A stretch of 18,961 bases of DNA from Azolla caroliniana (lineage: Eukaryota > Plantae > Polypodiophyta), in NCBI GenBank assembly GCA_043228905.1, contig JBHGNT010000623.1, positions 1 through 18,961 of the forward strand, written 5' to 3'. Shown here one piece after another: positions 1 to 10,640 of this stretch (position 1 is the stretch's first letter; every line of letters starts with the position of its first letter). The notes under the pieces were generated by a model that did no database searches, had not been told where the DNA came from, and saw nothing but the letters and a program-made list of their open reading frames with translations. The position numbers and the translations under genes are program-made.

Positions 1-83
1 GGATGCTACCCGTGTAGCCTTCATCATCTAGCTGATCGGTTGATATCAGGTTCAGTCGAACCTCCGGAACGTGTTGGACATCC

Positions 84-506
84 TTCATCGGCGAGAGGTA
101 CTTCCAACGAGGTGGCATGATGTATCGACCCCTGGAAAACATTCATGTGCTCCGCCATACTAGAGTTGTCCTGGTACCGGAGCCTCACTAGGTCCCAGAA
201 TATCGAAACCCGATTAATGGCATTCTTGTTCTGGAACATGATGCCGATCTTAACCCAAAGTTCATGAGCCTTACTTTCTTCATTGAAGTTGTTGTACAGG
301 CTCATGTTGATGTAGCACCGGATGTATGCCGTCATCTTCAGGTGCATTACCTCCCACACTGTGGTGTCGATCATATCCGGTCTCTTGTCCCCGAATTGAT
401 CCGGCAACCAAAGATCTTTAACCACCAGCATATCCCTCATCTTCGACTTCCACACTGAGTAGTTGGAGCCAGTGAGCTTGAACATGCCACCGAACGATTC
501 TTCCAT
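84..506 (-). pseudogene. gag: Copia Gag N-terminal/UBN2-type domain, truncated after ...LEVPLADE
   Basis: KLTGSNYSVWKSKMRDMLVVKDLW...AHELWVKIGIMFQNKNAINRVSIFWDLVRLRYQDNSSMAEHMNVFQG is typical Copia (Tnt1/Tork-like) Gag. Homology stops at ~83, where the expected ALLLL-SLP is replaced by unrelated sequence. Confidence 0.85.
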
Positions 507-520
507 TTTCTGTATGGTTC

Positions 521-532
521 GCTCTGATACTA
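521..532 (-). promoter_or_regulatory. Primer binding site, tRNA-iMet type (one mismatch)
   Basis: Minus strand reads TAGTATCAGAGC vs canonical TGGTATCAGAGC, 3 nt after the LTR-terminal CA and 14 nt before the gag ATG. Confidence 0.85.
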
Positions 533-535
533 GAT

Positions 536-1074
536 TGAAGAGAAACACGTGGAATACTACTCGACCACAACCGAGTCTAGAATCACTTCGATGAGAGTGC
601 AACATAGAAATGGGAATAGACGTACACATAAAAGAGAGTACCCAGGATGTTTACATGGAAAACCCTAAATGGAAAAAACCACGGGATCCCACAGACTCCA
701 AACTATCACTATATGAGAAAGGTATAATCAGGGACTCAGAGGCAACGACCTTGAGCTCTGTTTCTTCGCCAAGGGGTGGGTACAACAAAGTATCGCTCTA
801 TATCTCACACACTCTCTCTCTGTACAATAGTTACAACAATATGACAACAACATACAACCACATAAAGTGATTTCCCTAAGTCATATTTATACTTATATGA
901 ACTTAGGGCTATTTACAAATATAGCCTCAATAGGCTTACTCAAAACATACTGACAGATATGTCTTCCCTTCCGGTTCTCACCGGTTCTCCTCCGGTTTCC
1001 GGATCTCGTTTGGTTCTCACCGGGCCCTCTTCATTTATCACTAGATCCAATCCAGAGGGACCAATTTCCCAACA
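536..1074 (-). repeat. 5' LTR of Copia element C (539 bp)
   Basis: TG...CA termini, TATA-like GTATAAATA on the minus strand at ~884-892, CCGGTT cluster at 971-1024, U5 motif CCCGTGGTTTTTTCC...GGGTTTTCCATGTAAA, adjacent PBS. Confidence 0.85.
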
Positions 1075-1386
1075 TGTTGTAACTGCCAGCTAGCGAAGAT
1101 ACAGAGCTCGAGGTCGTTGCCTCCGAGTCTCAGTTTTTTACCGTTCTTATATAGGGATAGTTTGGAGTCTATGGGCTCCCGTGGTTTTTCCCTATTAGGT
1201 TTTTCCACGTAAAACATAATGTGTATCCTCTATCATTGTTTTGTGTGTGTATGTGCGTTCCCTCTCTATTTCCCATTTCTGTGTTTCATTCTCATTGGAG
1301 TGATTCAAGACTCGGTTGTGGCTGAGCAATATTCTGTGCCATTCTCTTCCGCCTATTGGATGACTCACCCTTGTAGAGGGATTTCA
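1075..1386 (+). repeat. R/U5 half of a related Copia LTR (element B), 3' or solo LTR, split by insertion of element C
   Basis: 1075-1349 aligns by eye to the reverse complement of 536-786 (shared ACAGAGCTCrAGGTCGTTGCCTC, GATAGTTTGGAGTCT, CCCGTGGTTTTT, AGACTCGGTTGTGG). It ends in ...ATTTCA at 1386, where unrelated integrase-linker sequence begins. Confidence 0.8.
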
Positions 1387-2066
1387 GTGGTGTCACGTCA
1401 TCCTCCCCTTCTTTGGGATCGATTGACATGAAAGCTTTTTCCTTGGACATATTGTCTTTGTCAATTCTTGTCAATCGAGTAGTCAGACCATTTTTTACTA
1501 ATGGACCTCTTCCCGATTCGGGGTTGGCTAGTGTAATGTCGGCTTAGTCGAGTTTGAGTGTTTGTCGAATCGCCGATTCAACCCAGTGGGTCAATCTTTC
1601 TACGACATCTCGATCGATTTCGAAAGAGACCTTTTTGCCATTGTTGTTTGTTGGTTCCGTTAAGAGAGAATAGAGTTTTCATTGAAGACTACGTCACTAC
1701 TCCGGATCAATTTCTGGTTCTCTGGGTCCCATAGCCTGTAGCCGAATTGCCCATCGGTTCCATAACTGAGAAATATGCATTTTGTTGCATGGGGTGCCAA
1801 CTTGGTCCTCTTCTCCTTGGAGATAAATGCATAGGCTTCTCATCCGAATATATGAAGTCTATCATAAGTCGGTTATTTTCCTGACCATAGTGCCTGTGGC
1901 ACTTCGAGGTTGATTGCTTTCGAGGACGATAGATTTATCAAGTAAATTGTTGTCTGCAATGCTTTGGCCTAGAACTCTAGTTTTAGTCTGGTTTGTTGGA
2001 GCATTTCTGTCACCCCATCTTGGATCGTTCGGTTGATCCGTTCTGCCACTCCATTCTGCATGGGTG
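1387..2066 (-). pseudogene. Copia (Tnt1/Tork-like) integrase C-terminal core + SH3-like domain + linker (element A); essentially absent from the ORF track
   Basis: Manual minus-strand translation: PMQNGVAERINRTIQDGVTEMLQQTRLKLEF*AKALQTTIYLINLSSSKAINLEVPQALWSGK*PTYDRLHIFG*EAYAFISKEKRTKLAPHATKCIFLSYGTDGQFGYRLWDPENQKLIRSSDVVFNEN, with several in-frame stops. Confidence 0.9.
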
Positions 2067-2479
2067 TGTAAGGAACGTGTGAAATGTTACGTGCGGAAGC
2101 TATACGAAACACAGAATACCGACGGAGAAAACACAGGCTTAATGGAGAGCTTAAGACACAATGTACGCGGGAGAGAAAAAGAGGGAAAACGCACAGAAAA
2201 AACCAAGTTCAAAAAATGTGTAAACTCTATACATAGGATGTGCTCAAGGAGCACTTTTATACAAGTCCATACGAACTAACAGAAGTACTGACACGTACTT
2301 CAATGCTCATAATTGAGCTCCTACACTAACTCCCAAATATATTCCCTCGTGGAATATCTATTCAACGGCCTCCCGGTTTCCACACCGATCCAACCTCTTG
2401 TTGCGCATTGGTTTGCGCACCAGTTTACGCACCAGTTTATGCACCGGTTTACAGCAAATGTTGAGCTTGTATCTCAACA
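2067..2479 (-). repeat. 3' LTR of Copia element D (413 bp)
   Basis: Minus strand starts TGTTGAGATAC directly after the PPT and ends ...TTCCTTACA; TATAAAAG at 2254-2261 (-). Confidence 0.85.
2405..2452. repeat. Four 12-bp tandem repeats in U3 of LTR D
   Basis: GCATTGGTTTGC GCACCAGTTTAC GCACCAGTTTAT GCACCGGTTTAC. Confidence 0.85.
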
Positions 2480-2493
2480 CCCCCCCTCAAGCT
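2480..2493 (-). promoter_or_regulatory. Polypurine tract of element D
   Basis: Minus strand AGCTTGAGGGGGGG immediately precedes the TG of the 3' LTR. Confidence 0.88.
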
Positions 2494-2662
2494 CAACTTG
2501 AGGCTCTTCCAGTCCTTCGCTCCGGTTTCTCTTGGCTTCATGCCTCGCTCACGCTCCTCGACGAGTTCGATTCCTCGCACCTCGACCCTTATGGTTGGTT
2601 TGTCTGATCGTGCGACCTTTTCCAACTCCCTTGTTGTCACGATGTTGGCGCCTCTTCTGCTG

Positions 2663-4387
2663 CCCCCGGTCCTTAGTGCCACTGATGTACCTAAGTACGT
2701 GTTGTGCACACGGCAAGTGCTCCTCAGTTGGCCTTGCCATGTACTGACTAATGAAGCCGATTGGGTAGCTGAGGTCCGGCTAGGTGATAGTCAAGTATAT
2801 GAGGCTTCCGACAATCTGTCGAGACCTTTTCGGGTCGGAGACCTTTCCGAAGTTGGGATGAAGCTTCACGGTTCTGTCAAGAAGAGTTGAGACAGACTTA
2901 AAGTCCACCATCCCGAACTTGAAGAGCATACTCAGCACATAATGTCGTTGGCTGATCAGTATGCCTTTGGGGGTGCGGATCACTTCGATCCCGAGAAAGT
3001 AATGAAGGTCCCCCAGGTTCTTCATATCAAATGATGCCGCAAGATGGAGCTTTACATAGTCAATTTCACCTAGATCGACACCAGTGATGACCAAGTCATC
3101 AACATAAAGTAAAATACTAACCAACCCAAGTCAACCTTGCCGGACAAACAATGAAGAGTCCCATTTGGACGTCGCAAATCGCATCCGACACAATCATTGT
3201 GTGATCTTCGCATTCCAGGCACATGGGTCTTGCTTTAGTCCGTAAAGGGACTTCCTCAATCGGCATACTGCCAAAGTGTTCGTTCCGGAATGAAATTCAG
3301 GGGGTTGTACCATGTACACTTGTTCCTCAAGCTCGCCTTGCAGGAACGCATTCTTTACATCCATCTGATGTAAGTAACACCCCTTTGCCGCAGCTACCGC
3401 AAGCAAAACATGGACGGTCGTCATCTTTGCGACCGACGCAAACATTTGATCGTAATCGATGCCATGTTGCTGCGTGTAGCCTTTTGCTACTAACCGGGCC
3501 TTGTATCGGGTGACCGAGCTGTCAATGTTGTACTTGACCTTGTACACCCACTTGCATCAAATCGGCTTTACACCCTTGGGGGCGTCCACAAAGTCCCAGG
3601 TTTCTCCACAAGGGCATTCATCTTTGCCTCCATGGCGGCATGCCAATTTGCGTCCTTTTCGGCTTCTATGTAGCTCTCCGACTCACGCAGTTCCGCTACA
3701 TGTGTCATGTACGCATAGTGATGCGCTATGTACTCGTTGTATCCGAACGACACAACAGGGTTCTCCTAGCGGGTAAATCGGCATAATTGCTCATTAGCCG
3801 ATGGTGAGGCCATTCTGCCTGATGCGGACTTCACTCTTGAAGGCCGACTCATCCCTATCCATGCCGTACTCCAGCATCTTCTTCTTTCCCTTTTGTTTGC
3901 ACGTAAGCCGTCTCTTTGGCTTCCTGCATGGGGAATGCACGGCCGAGTATCCACTACTCGCCAGCTCTTCATCTGACTGGTCAAACCGACTCAGTCGCTC
4001 ATTCAGTCCACTTAGCCGAAATGAGATCGGAATCTCTTCAAGAGTTCCGACTTCACATTCATCAGGAGGCATCTCAGCCTCGCTGACCTCATCTTCAGAA
4101 GTCAGATTGGAGCTGAGGTCCGAAGTCGGAGGCAAATACCAAGATGCAGACTCATCGAACACAAGATCGCGACTTATGTGAGCTTGTTTGGTTCGGAGGT
4201 TATAACACTTATAACCCTTCTGTTCGTCCGAATAGCCGACCAAGATACACTTCTCGTCTTTCGCATCCAGCTTCCTCTGCTTCTCCTTCGGCACATGCAC
4301 ATACGCGATGCTACAGTAAACCCTCAAGTGTCATGTATTCGGCTTCCTTCCAAAATACAGCTCATGTGCCGACACCTTTTCTCTGAT
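2663..4387 (-). pseudogene. pol: Copia pol: integrase SH3-like tail and reverse transcriptase (RVT_2), frameshifted; RNase H missing
   Basis: AYVHVPKEKQRKLDAKDEKCILVGYS; RYKARLVAKGYTQQHGIDY; HQMDVKNAFLQGELEEQVYMVQP; LRKSLYGLKQ; LLYVDDLVITG; QIVGSLIYLTIT; LRYISGTKDRG then non-homologous sequence. Confidence 0.93.
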
Positions 4388-6390
4388 ACTTTAGAGAAGC
4401 AAAGTTGCGTATGGAGGCCTGGGAAAATCTCAAGAAGATTTTTGCAGCCAGTACCACAACTCGTAAGTTGCAGCTTCGGCAAGAGCTCAACAAAATACGG
4501 TAGAGAGATATGTCAGTTATAGATTATACCACCAAGTTAAAAAGAGATCTGCGACGCACTAGGGTCCATCAATGTGATGGTGGACAATGATGAGATGGTC
4601 CAAATTTGCGTCGGTGGTCTAGCACAACGGTACGGGCTAATCTGGACAGCAATTTGCACCCACGAGAAACCATTGTCCTTCTTCGACTTGAAATCAACGC
4701 TGATGGTCAAAGAAAATCACACGAGTGGGTCAAGGACTGCTTAATAGGACAACTAGATGTTATACATAGAGGCAGATCGGCCCCTTGGCGTGGAGGACGA
4801 GGTGGGTCGGCAATAGCAGCATCTGGCAAGCGCAGAATGGGAGGCATAAAGACAGTGACGACAATAGTTCTAAACCATCCACAAGCAGGAGGAGTCAAGG
4901 CGGCACTAGAAATCATTAATCGAAGGGCGATACGGAATGTTGGTAATGTGGCAAGAAAGGCGAGTGTTGGAAGAAGTGCGCCGATTCGGATAAATCTAGA
5001 TCTAGCAATACTGAACAAGGGAACCGGCAAAGCTCGCACAATGCAGAAGGATCAGAAGGATCCAGAACTGGTAACACCGAAAAATGAAGCACAAGGAGAA
5101 CTTGATCAAGGAGACCACTTCCACATCGGAGGAAGTGTGGTACGTTGACTCCAAAGCATCGAACCACATGACAAACCACGAAGATTGGTTCTCGTATCTA
5201 GAAAAACTAGAGCAACCAGGAGTTGTCAAAACCGGAAACGACACTCCTCACCCGATGTGCATGTCGGAGAAGTCCCTTTAAGCCATGTCGGGAAAAGGGG
5301 AAAGGTAATAAATTTTTTACATGTTCCAACAATCATGAAGAACCTGGTGTCGGTCGGACTGATCGTCGACCACGAAATGTAGGTGTGGTTTACGCATTTC
5401 GAGTTCTTCATTGAAAAAGAGGACCGGATCATTATGCAAGGGTGCCAAAATTTAGTGGTTGGAATGCTCGAATTTGTGAAGCCTGCCAACTCGGGAAGCA
5501 ACACCAGCTTCCATTCCCCACCAAAAGAAACCGGAGTTGTAACAAACTTGACTTAATCCATTGGGATGTATGGGGACCGATAGAGAATGTTAGTCTTGGC
5601 GGGAGCTGATATTTCGTCTCCTTCATCGACGACTATAGTTGGGACATGTGGATCTATCTCATCGAGAAGAAAAGTGAGGTCTTTGACTGTTTCCGAAACC
5701 TACAAAGTATTGTCGAATGGGAAACGGAGAGAAATATCACGTGCCTGTGGTTGTATGGCAGAAGAAAATACTTTTCTGGCCAATTCAATAATTATCTACA
5801 GCAGAAAGAAATTCCAAGGGAATTCAGTTGTAGATATAATCCGGAACAATACGGTGTGGCCAAAAGGAAGAACCGGTCGATTGTGGAGGGGGCACGGACG
5901 ATGCTGGAGGAGAAGAGCATGACAAGTTCTATTGGGCCGAAGCAGTTCAGATGGCCATCTACATCCAAAACCGGATTGGGGATAAGGTGTCAGCACATGA
6001 GCTGTATTTCAGGTGGAAGCGGAATTTAAGGCACCTCAAGGTATTCGGTAGCATTGCCTATGAGCATGTACTGGATGGGAAGCGGAGAAATTTGGACCCA
6101 AAGTCAGAGAAGTGCATATTGGTCGGCTAGTCTCATAAGCAGAAGGGGTACAAGTGCTACAACTGCCGGACTAAGCAAGTACGAGTAAGTTGAGATGTTG
6201 AATTCAACGAGTCGGCATCCTGGAACTCTCTACTGACTTCGATCCCCGACTCCGACCCGATTCTGGAAGGTGAGTCGAGTGATCCTGATGAAGAAGGACT
6301 CAGTACTCTATATGAGAGTCTGATCTCATTGCTGCTAAGCGGGCCACGTGAAGAGTTGAGTCAGAAGGAGCAACAGGATGAAGAGAACTT
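4388..6390 (+). mobile_element. Decayed Ty1/Copia internal fragment (element E): gag, damaged zinc knuckle, protease, integrase; no LTRs, no RT
   Basis: EAWENLKKIFAASTTTRKLQLRQEL (gag); ECW*CGKKG/ECWKK (knuckle lacking the His segment, ~4935-4970); VWYVDSKASNHMT (protease, DSG altered); CEACQLGKQH, LDLIHWDVWGP, FVSFIDDYS, PEQYGVAKRKNRSIVEGARTML (integrase); KCILVG*SHKQKGYKCYN. Confidence 0.92.
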
Positions 6391-6398
6391 GATTATAA

Positions 6399-7066
6399 TG
6401 TGTATTGTGGTGATGTGGGAGAGATGATCCAGAAACTACAGAAGAAGGAGTACACGTTACTTGTTGTAGTTACTCCATACGGTTTCCGTATGGTTGGATC
6501 TTCTTACAATGATGAACCATTTCGATTCAAACAAATGGAGAAAATGGTGAAGGATTCACGGAGTTGGCCGTAGCTAGCTTGTGGAGAATAGTGGTATTAC
6601 CCAAACAAGTGGAGAAGTGTCGGAGTTGGAAATGTAGAAGGTTCAGAGTCGGAGTCGGATCGGTATAGAGGATAGATGAGTTAGCATTTGCCGCAGTAAA
6701 TCAAAAACCGGAATTTTAGTTAGTTAGAGATTTGTAGTTCTTGCCTATTTGGCAATATATTTTCTTGATGAGGAAGTCCTTCCAGTTGCCTATAAAAGGA
6801 ACTGAAGGCAATGTAAAGAAAATCGTTTTATTTAGTAATATAAAGTTAGTTTAGGAAATCTCTGTGTACGAAATGCTCTGTCAATCTATTTCCTTTCTGT
6901 CATAACTTATTACGTACATAGCGATCTCGATGCCTGTTGAACATCGATAAGTTTACAACCATTTTAGTATCTATTCATCTAAACCACAATTCATTGATAG
7001 AACGTTCGGTAAGCAATGTTTGACCTATACTGTGTCGGCAATAGTTATTGTCGATCGAATAACACA
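6399..7066 (+). repeat. Putative 5' LTR of element F
   Basis: Non-coding; GCCTATAAAAGGA at 6788-6800 is identical to that in the 15531-15954 LTR; ends ...AATAACACA before the PBS. Start is either TGTGTATT (6399) or TGTTGTAG (6462). No partner LTR in the window. Confidence 0.6.
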
Positions 7067-7075
7067 GTATAATTT

Positions 7076-7088
7076 TGGCACACCCGGT
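7076..7088 (+). promoter_or_regulatory. PBS complementary to plant tRNA-Arg (UCU-like) 3' end
   Basis: TGGCACACCCGGT just after the LTR-like region; isoacceptor assigned from recalled plant tRNA sequences, not a search. Confidence 0.7.
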
Positions 7089-7122
7089 TACATCTACAGC
7101 TAGCAGAGAACAAGTCGAATGG

Positions 7123-10100
7123 ATGTCGTCTGGTCTAGATACACCAATTAGTTGTAAACGTCCTCGTACAGGTTTGATTACGAAGACACTAGAAAAAGAT
7201 TCGGTTGTAGAGTTACAGCCAGAAACAAGTAGAAGGTGGTCTGCGCTCCCCGATTTAACTGATAGTCAGTCGGACGAAAACCAGGAGGACGAGATATCAT
7301 TTTACGATATCTGGAGTGAAGACAATATGCCTTACCTGTATTCTAAATTTCGGAAAGGTGTTGATGCAGAAGCGCATGTTAGGGATTTCTTGACAACATG
7401 GGAAATTAACCATGGAGCTCAGAGGCTATTGGTAGTAGCCGAAGATAAATCTAAAATTGTTGAGTTTCTTTTGTCAATAGATGGTCAGTTCGCTAATTGG
7501 TTTGCGCAAAATGGTTTCCATGCGTTCGAAACATTTGAACAATTCAACACCAAAATTCTGCAATTATTTCATTGTCAAATTCCTCAAAAGGATCTGATAG
7601 CGCAATTTTATGCGTTGTATTAGGAGCCGCATGAAACAACGTCCCAATTTGTCATCCGTTTTCAAAATTTACAACTCCAGATTTCCAGGCCTATTCCGAA
7701 CAACGAATTGAAGGATGTATTCCTTGAAGCAATTCGTGAACCATTACGAACAACATTAGCAGTGTTCGATTTCCGGAATTAGATGATTGAGCAAGTGATT
7801 GATAAAGCAATCGCTATGGGCCGGAATCCGAAAAATGTAAGGAGTATGGATATGTCGGCATTACATCATACGTTGCCAACTCGGGAGGAGTTCCAGTTTC
7901 GGCAAGCAGTTCAATGTACGACTTGTTTGAATACTAGGCATTCGGCAATAGAATTTAGTTTACGAACACATTGCACAATATGTCATTCTAAACTTCATTC
8001 GGTCGAGCAATGTGAATATAATCTTCTTAACAAAACAACGACACCAGTACAACAAATTTTTCCGGAAAATGGGTACCAGAATAACTGACATATATTCAAT
8101 AATGGGTACCAAGAAACCGCTCGACAAAATAATTATCAACAGAATCAAGATGTTTCGGCGGCACAAGATAACGACTATCAACAACACAATGGAGGTCGGT
8201 TTAAACAAAATTGCTATAAGAATAAAAAATTCTATAAGCAAAAAGCATCACGACAATTTCAACAACCCCCAGATTCTAATGAAGATGGAAATCATTAGTT
8301 TGCGCAAGGCGAAGGGAGTGGAACATTTGTTCCTACTTGCTATATTTGCCGACAGGAGGGACATTATGCAAATCAATGTCCGTCTAAAGGAAAAGGAAAA
8401 ACACCGGTTGTGCACATGGTCATGCCAGAAATTCTGCAAGTGACCACCAGAAGTAAAAGTAAACAATCAGAGTGGGAAATTCAGGAAGCTGTTCGGAAAG
8501 CAGCCAAGGAATGGGTAGAAGAAGCGAATAAAAACAATGTGACACTGTCCTGAATGCTCCAAGATAATGAGATTAATCAAGCTAATGAATTGCCCGGAGT
8601 TATGGTCATACCAGAATAAGAAGAAACTTGGAAAATTTTGGCGGATTGCGAAGTATCATTACCTTTGACGAGATTACTCAAATTAGTTCCTAGGTTCACA
8701 GAGAAAGTGGCGACATTAATTGCCCAAAAAGGGACGGAACAGGTAGACGTTCACTATAATTAGCCAAGTAATAATCCTTCAATTATGGATGAACAAAATC
8801 CTTCTATTAAGGTCATAATCCATGGGCAAGAAATAAAGGTGCTATTGTCGATGGTGGCTCAGACGTGATTGTAATTAATAGAACTACTTGTGATAGGCTT
8901 GGCATTACCAAATGGGAAGGATGTCCATTTTGGCTAAGGATGGCTGATACTAGTACGGTACGACCAATCAAGTTACTGCGGCAGTTGGATGTCGTATTAG
9001 GAGGTCACACTTTTCAAATATCTGCAGTGATGCTTCATTTGGAAGCTCCTGGAGCAGATCCTTTGCTATTAGGTCGACCATGGTTAAAAACTACTAATAT
9101 TAAGCAAAATTAGAATTAGAATTTATTAACATTCTGGAAAGGCAAGACGAAAATCCGAGTATCTACTCAGAATAAGATTACGACGAGCAAACAATGTTTG
9201 CCAATTCATGTAGAGGCCGTAAATATGATTGAAGGACTAGATGAGGTCGAAAAGAGAATCATTATTTTAATGATAACCCAAAAATTATCCATTTGTTCGA
9301 AGTAGACATATTACAAACCCTGACACCGTACATGGATTCACAAGAGGAATTACCATTAGATGAGCAAACAATGAAAGAAATCTGAATGCAGCAGGAAGCT
9401 ACCGAAAGAGAAATGAAGGTATCTCAATAGGTTCAGGCTTCGGCATTGGAGGAAGTAAATTTGGCAGAAGATGATAAGGGGTTTGAACAAAAAACAGTGT
9501 TGTTGGCTAAAGATATGAGAGTGGCGGATAAACAAAGGTTACTTGGGTTACTAAAGCAATATAAAGATGTTTTTGCTTGGTCTTTTGAAGACATGAAAGG
9601 GTTAGATCCGGCTTTCTGCCAACACCAAATTAACTTGCATAAAGATGCGAAACCAATTCAACAACGTAGGTATCGTTTTAATCCCAATTATGCAATTAAA
9701 GTTAAAGAGGAAATAGATAAACTCCTGAAGGTAGGGTTTATTCGACCGATAAAAAAAGCTACATGGATAAGTCCGATTGTAGTTGTTCCGAAAAAGAATG
9801 GAAAAATTCGACTATACGTCGACTATCGGAAACTAAATGCAGCAACAGTAACGAACCGTTTACAGATGGGATATTGGATGCAGTCGCTGGTCATGAAATG
9901 TATAGTTTCCTGGATGGATTTAGTGGATATAATCAGGTAAGGATGCATCCGGAGGATCAAGAAAAGACAGCCTGCGTTACTGAATGGGGAGTATTTGTGG
10001 CAGTAGTAATGATGTTCTGATTAAAAATAGCTCCGACCACATTTCAAAGGGTTATACAGGAAATCTTTGTGGAATACATTCCCGCATTTATGCAAGTTTT

Positions 10101-10640
10101 CCTGGATGATTTCGCCGTGTATAGTTGGAAAGCGGAACATTTCGAACATTTACAACTATGTTTGGAGCAATGTCAGAAAAGTCGGCTCAGCTTGAATCCG
10201 GCAAAATGCGGGTTCGGAGTTACTAGTGGGGCACTGTTAGGCCATATTGTCGGCCAAGAAGGAATTGCAGTTGACCCAAACAAGGTCAGGACCATATTAG
10301 AAGACTAGCACCTACAAACGTTAAGGGCGGTAGTCGGTTCTTGGGGCAGATTAGATGGCATAGCAGGATGATTAGATATCTTACGGATGTTGTCATTCCT
10401 CTATACACAACGGTGCATAAAGTTCCTTTTCAATGGACAAGTGTGGAACAGGAGGCGTACGAGTGTCTCAAGAAAATGCTATCTAAAGTTTTGGTGGTTC
10501 AACCACCTGACTAGAATAAACCCTTCCATGTGTTCGTTGATGCATCTGATATAGCAATCGGCAGTGCACTTATGCAGTTATCTGAACCAAACTGGTATAG
10601 ACCAGTGTATTACGCTAGTCGGAAACTCTCAACAACGGAA
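7123..10640 (+). pseudogene. gag-pol: Gypsy gag-pol pseudogene (retrotransposon gag, three CCHC knuckles, aspartic protease, RT, RNase H N-half)
   Basis: CTTCLNTRHSAIEF, CTICHSKLHSVEQC, CYICRQEGHYANQC; IVDGGS...LLLGRPWL; DVFAWSFEDMKGLDP, WISPIVVVPKKNGKIRLYVDYRKLN, YSFLDGFSGYNQV, VFLDDF; FHVFVDASDIAIGSALMQ...PVYYASRKLSTTE, then an abrupt end. Confidence 0.93.

Larger units (their letters stand above)
1..1074 (-). mobile_element. Ty1/Copia LTR retrotransposon 5' end (element C): 5' LTR, PBS, gag; internally deleted, continues left of window
   Basis: On the minus strand: TGTTGGGAAA start at 1074, ...CTCTTCA end at 536, ATC spacer, PBS TAGTATCAGAGC, then ATG at 506 of a Copia gag (MEESFGGMFKLTGSNYSVWKSKMRDML). 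Confidence 0.9.
2067..4387 (-). mobile_element. Ty1/Copia 3' half (element D): integrase tail, RT, 3' UTR, PPT, 3' LTR
   Basis: INT-RT order on the minus strand, PPT and TG...CA-bounded LTR. Inserted into the TPMQNG motif of element A (flank GGGTG at 2062-2066 is the presumed TSD copy). Confidence 0.92.
6399..10640 (+). mobile_element. Decayed non-chromovirus Ty3/Gypsy (Athila/Tat-like) element F: 5' LTR, PBS, gag, protease, RT, partial RNase H
   Basis: LTR-like region with TATA, tRNA-Arg PBS, gag-PR-RT-RH order, many stops and frameshifts; colinear protein homology to the intact element at 16007-18961. The lineage call is inferred from motifs; the left boundary is uncertain (6399 or 6462). 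Confidence 0.9.

Noticed and set aside
1388-1399. TGGTGTCACGTC after LTR B resembling a tRNA-Met PBS
   Set aside because: No gag follows; these bases continue the minus-strand integrase linker frame of element A, so they are flanking target sequence.
610-2890. Short + strand ORFs (e.g. 610-870, 1219-1431, 2064-2279, 2313-2501, 2498-2890)
   Set aside because: They lie within LTRs or antisense to Copia pol, with no domain motifs.
4381-4389. CTCTGATAC resembling a reverse PBS (GCTCTGATACCA)
   Set aside because: No adjacent LTR; explained by integrase (-) and gag (+) coding sequence meeting at the junction.
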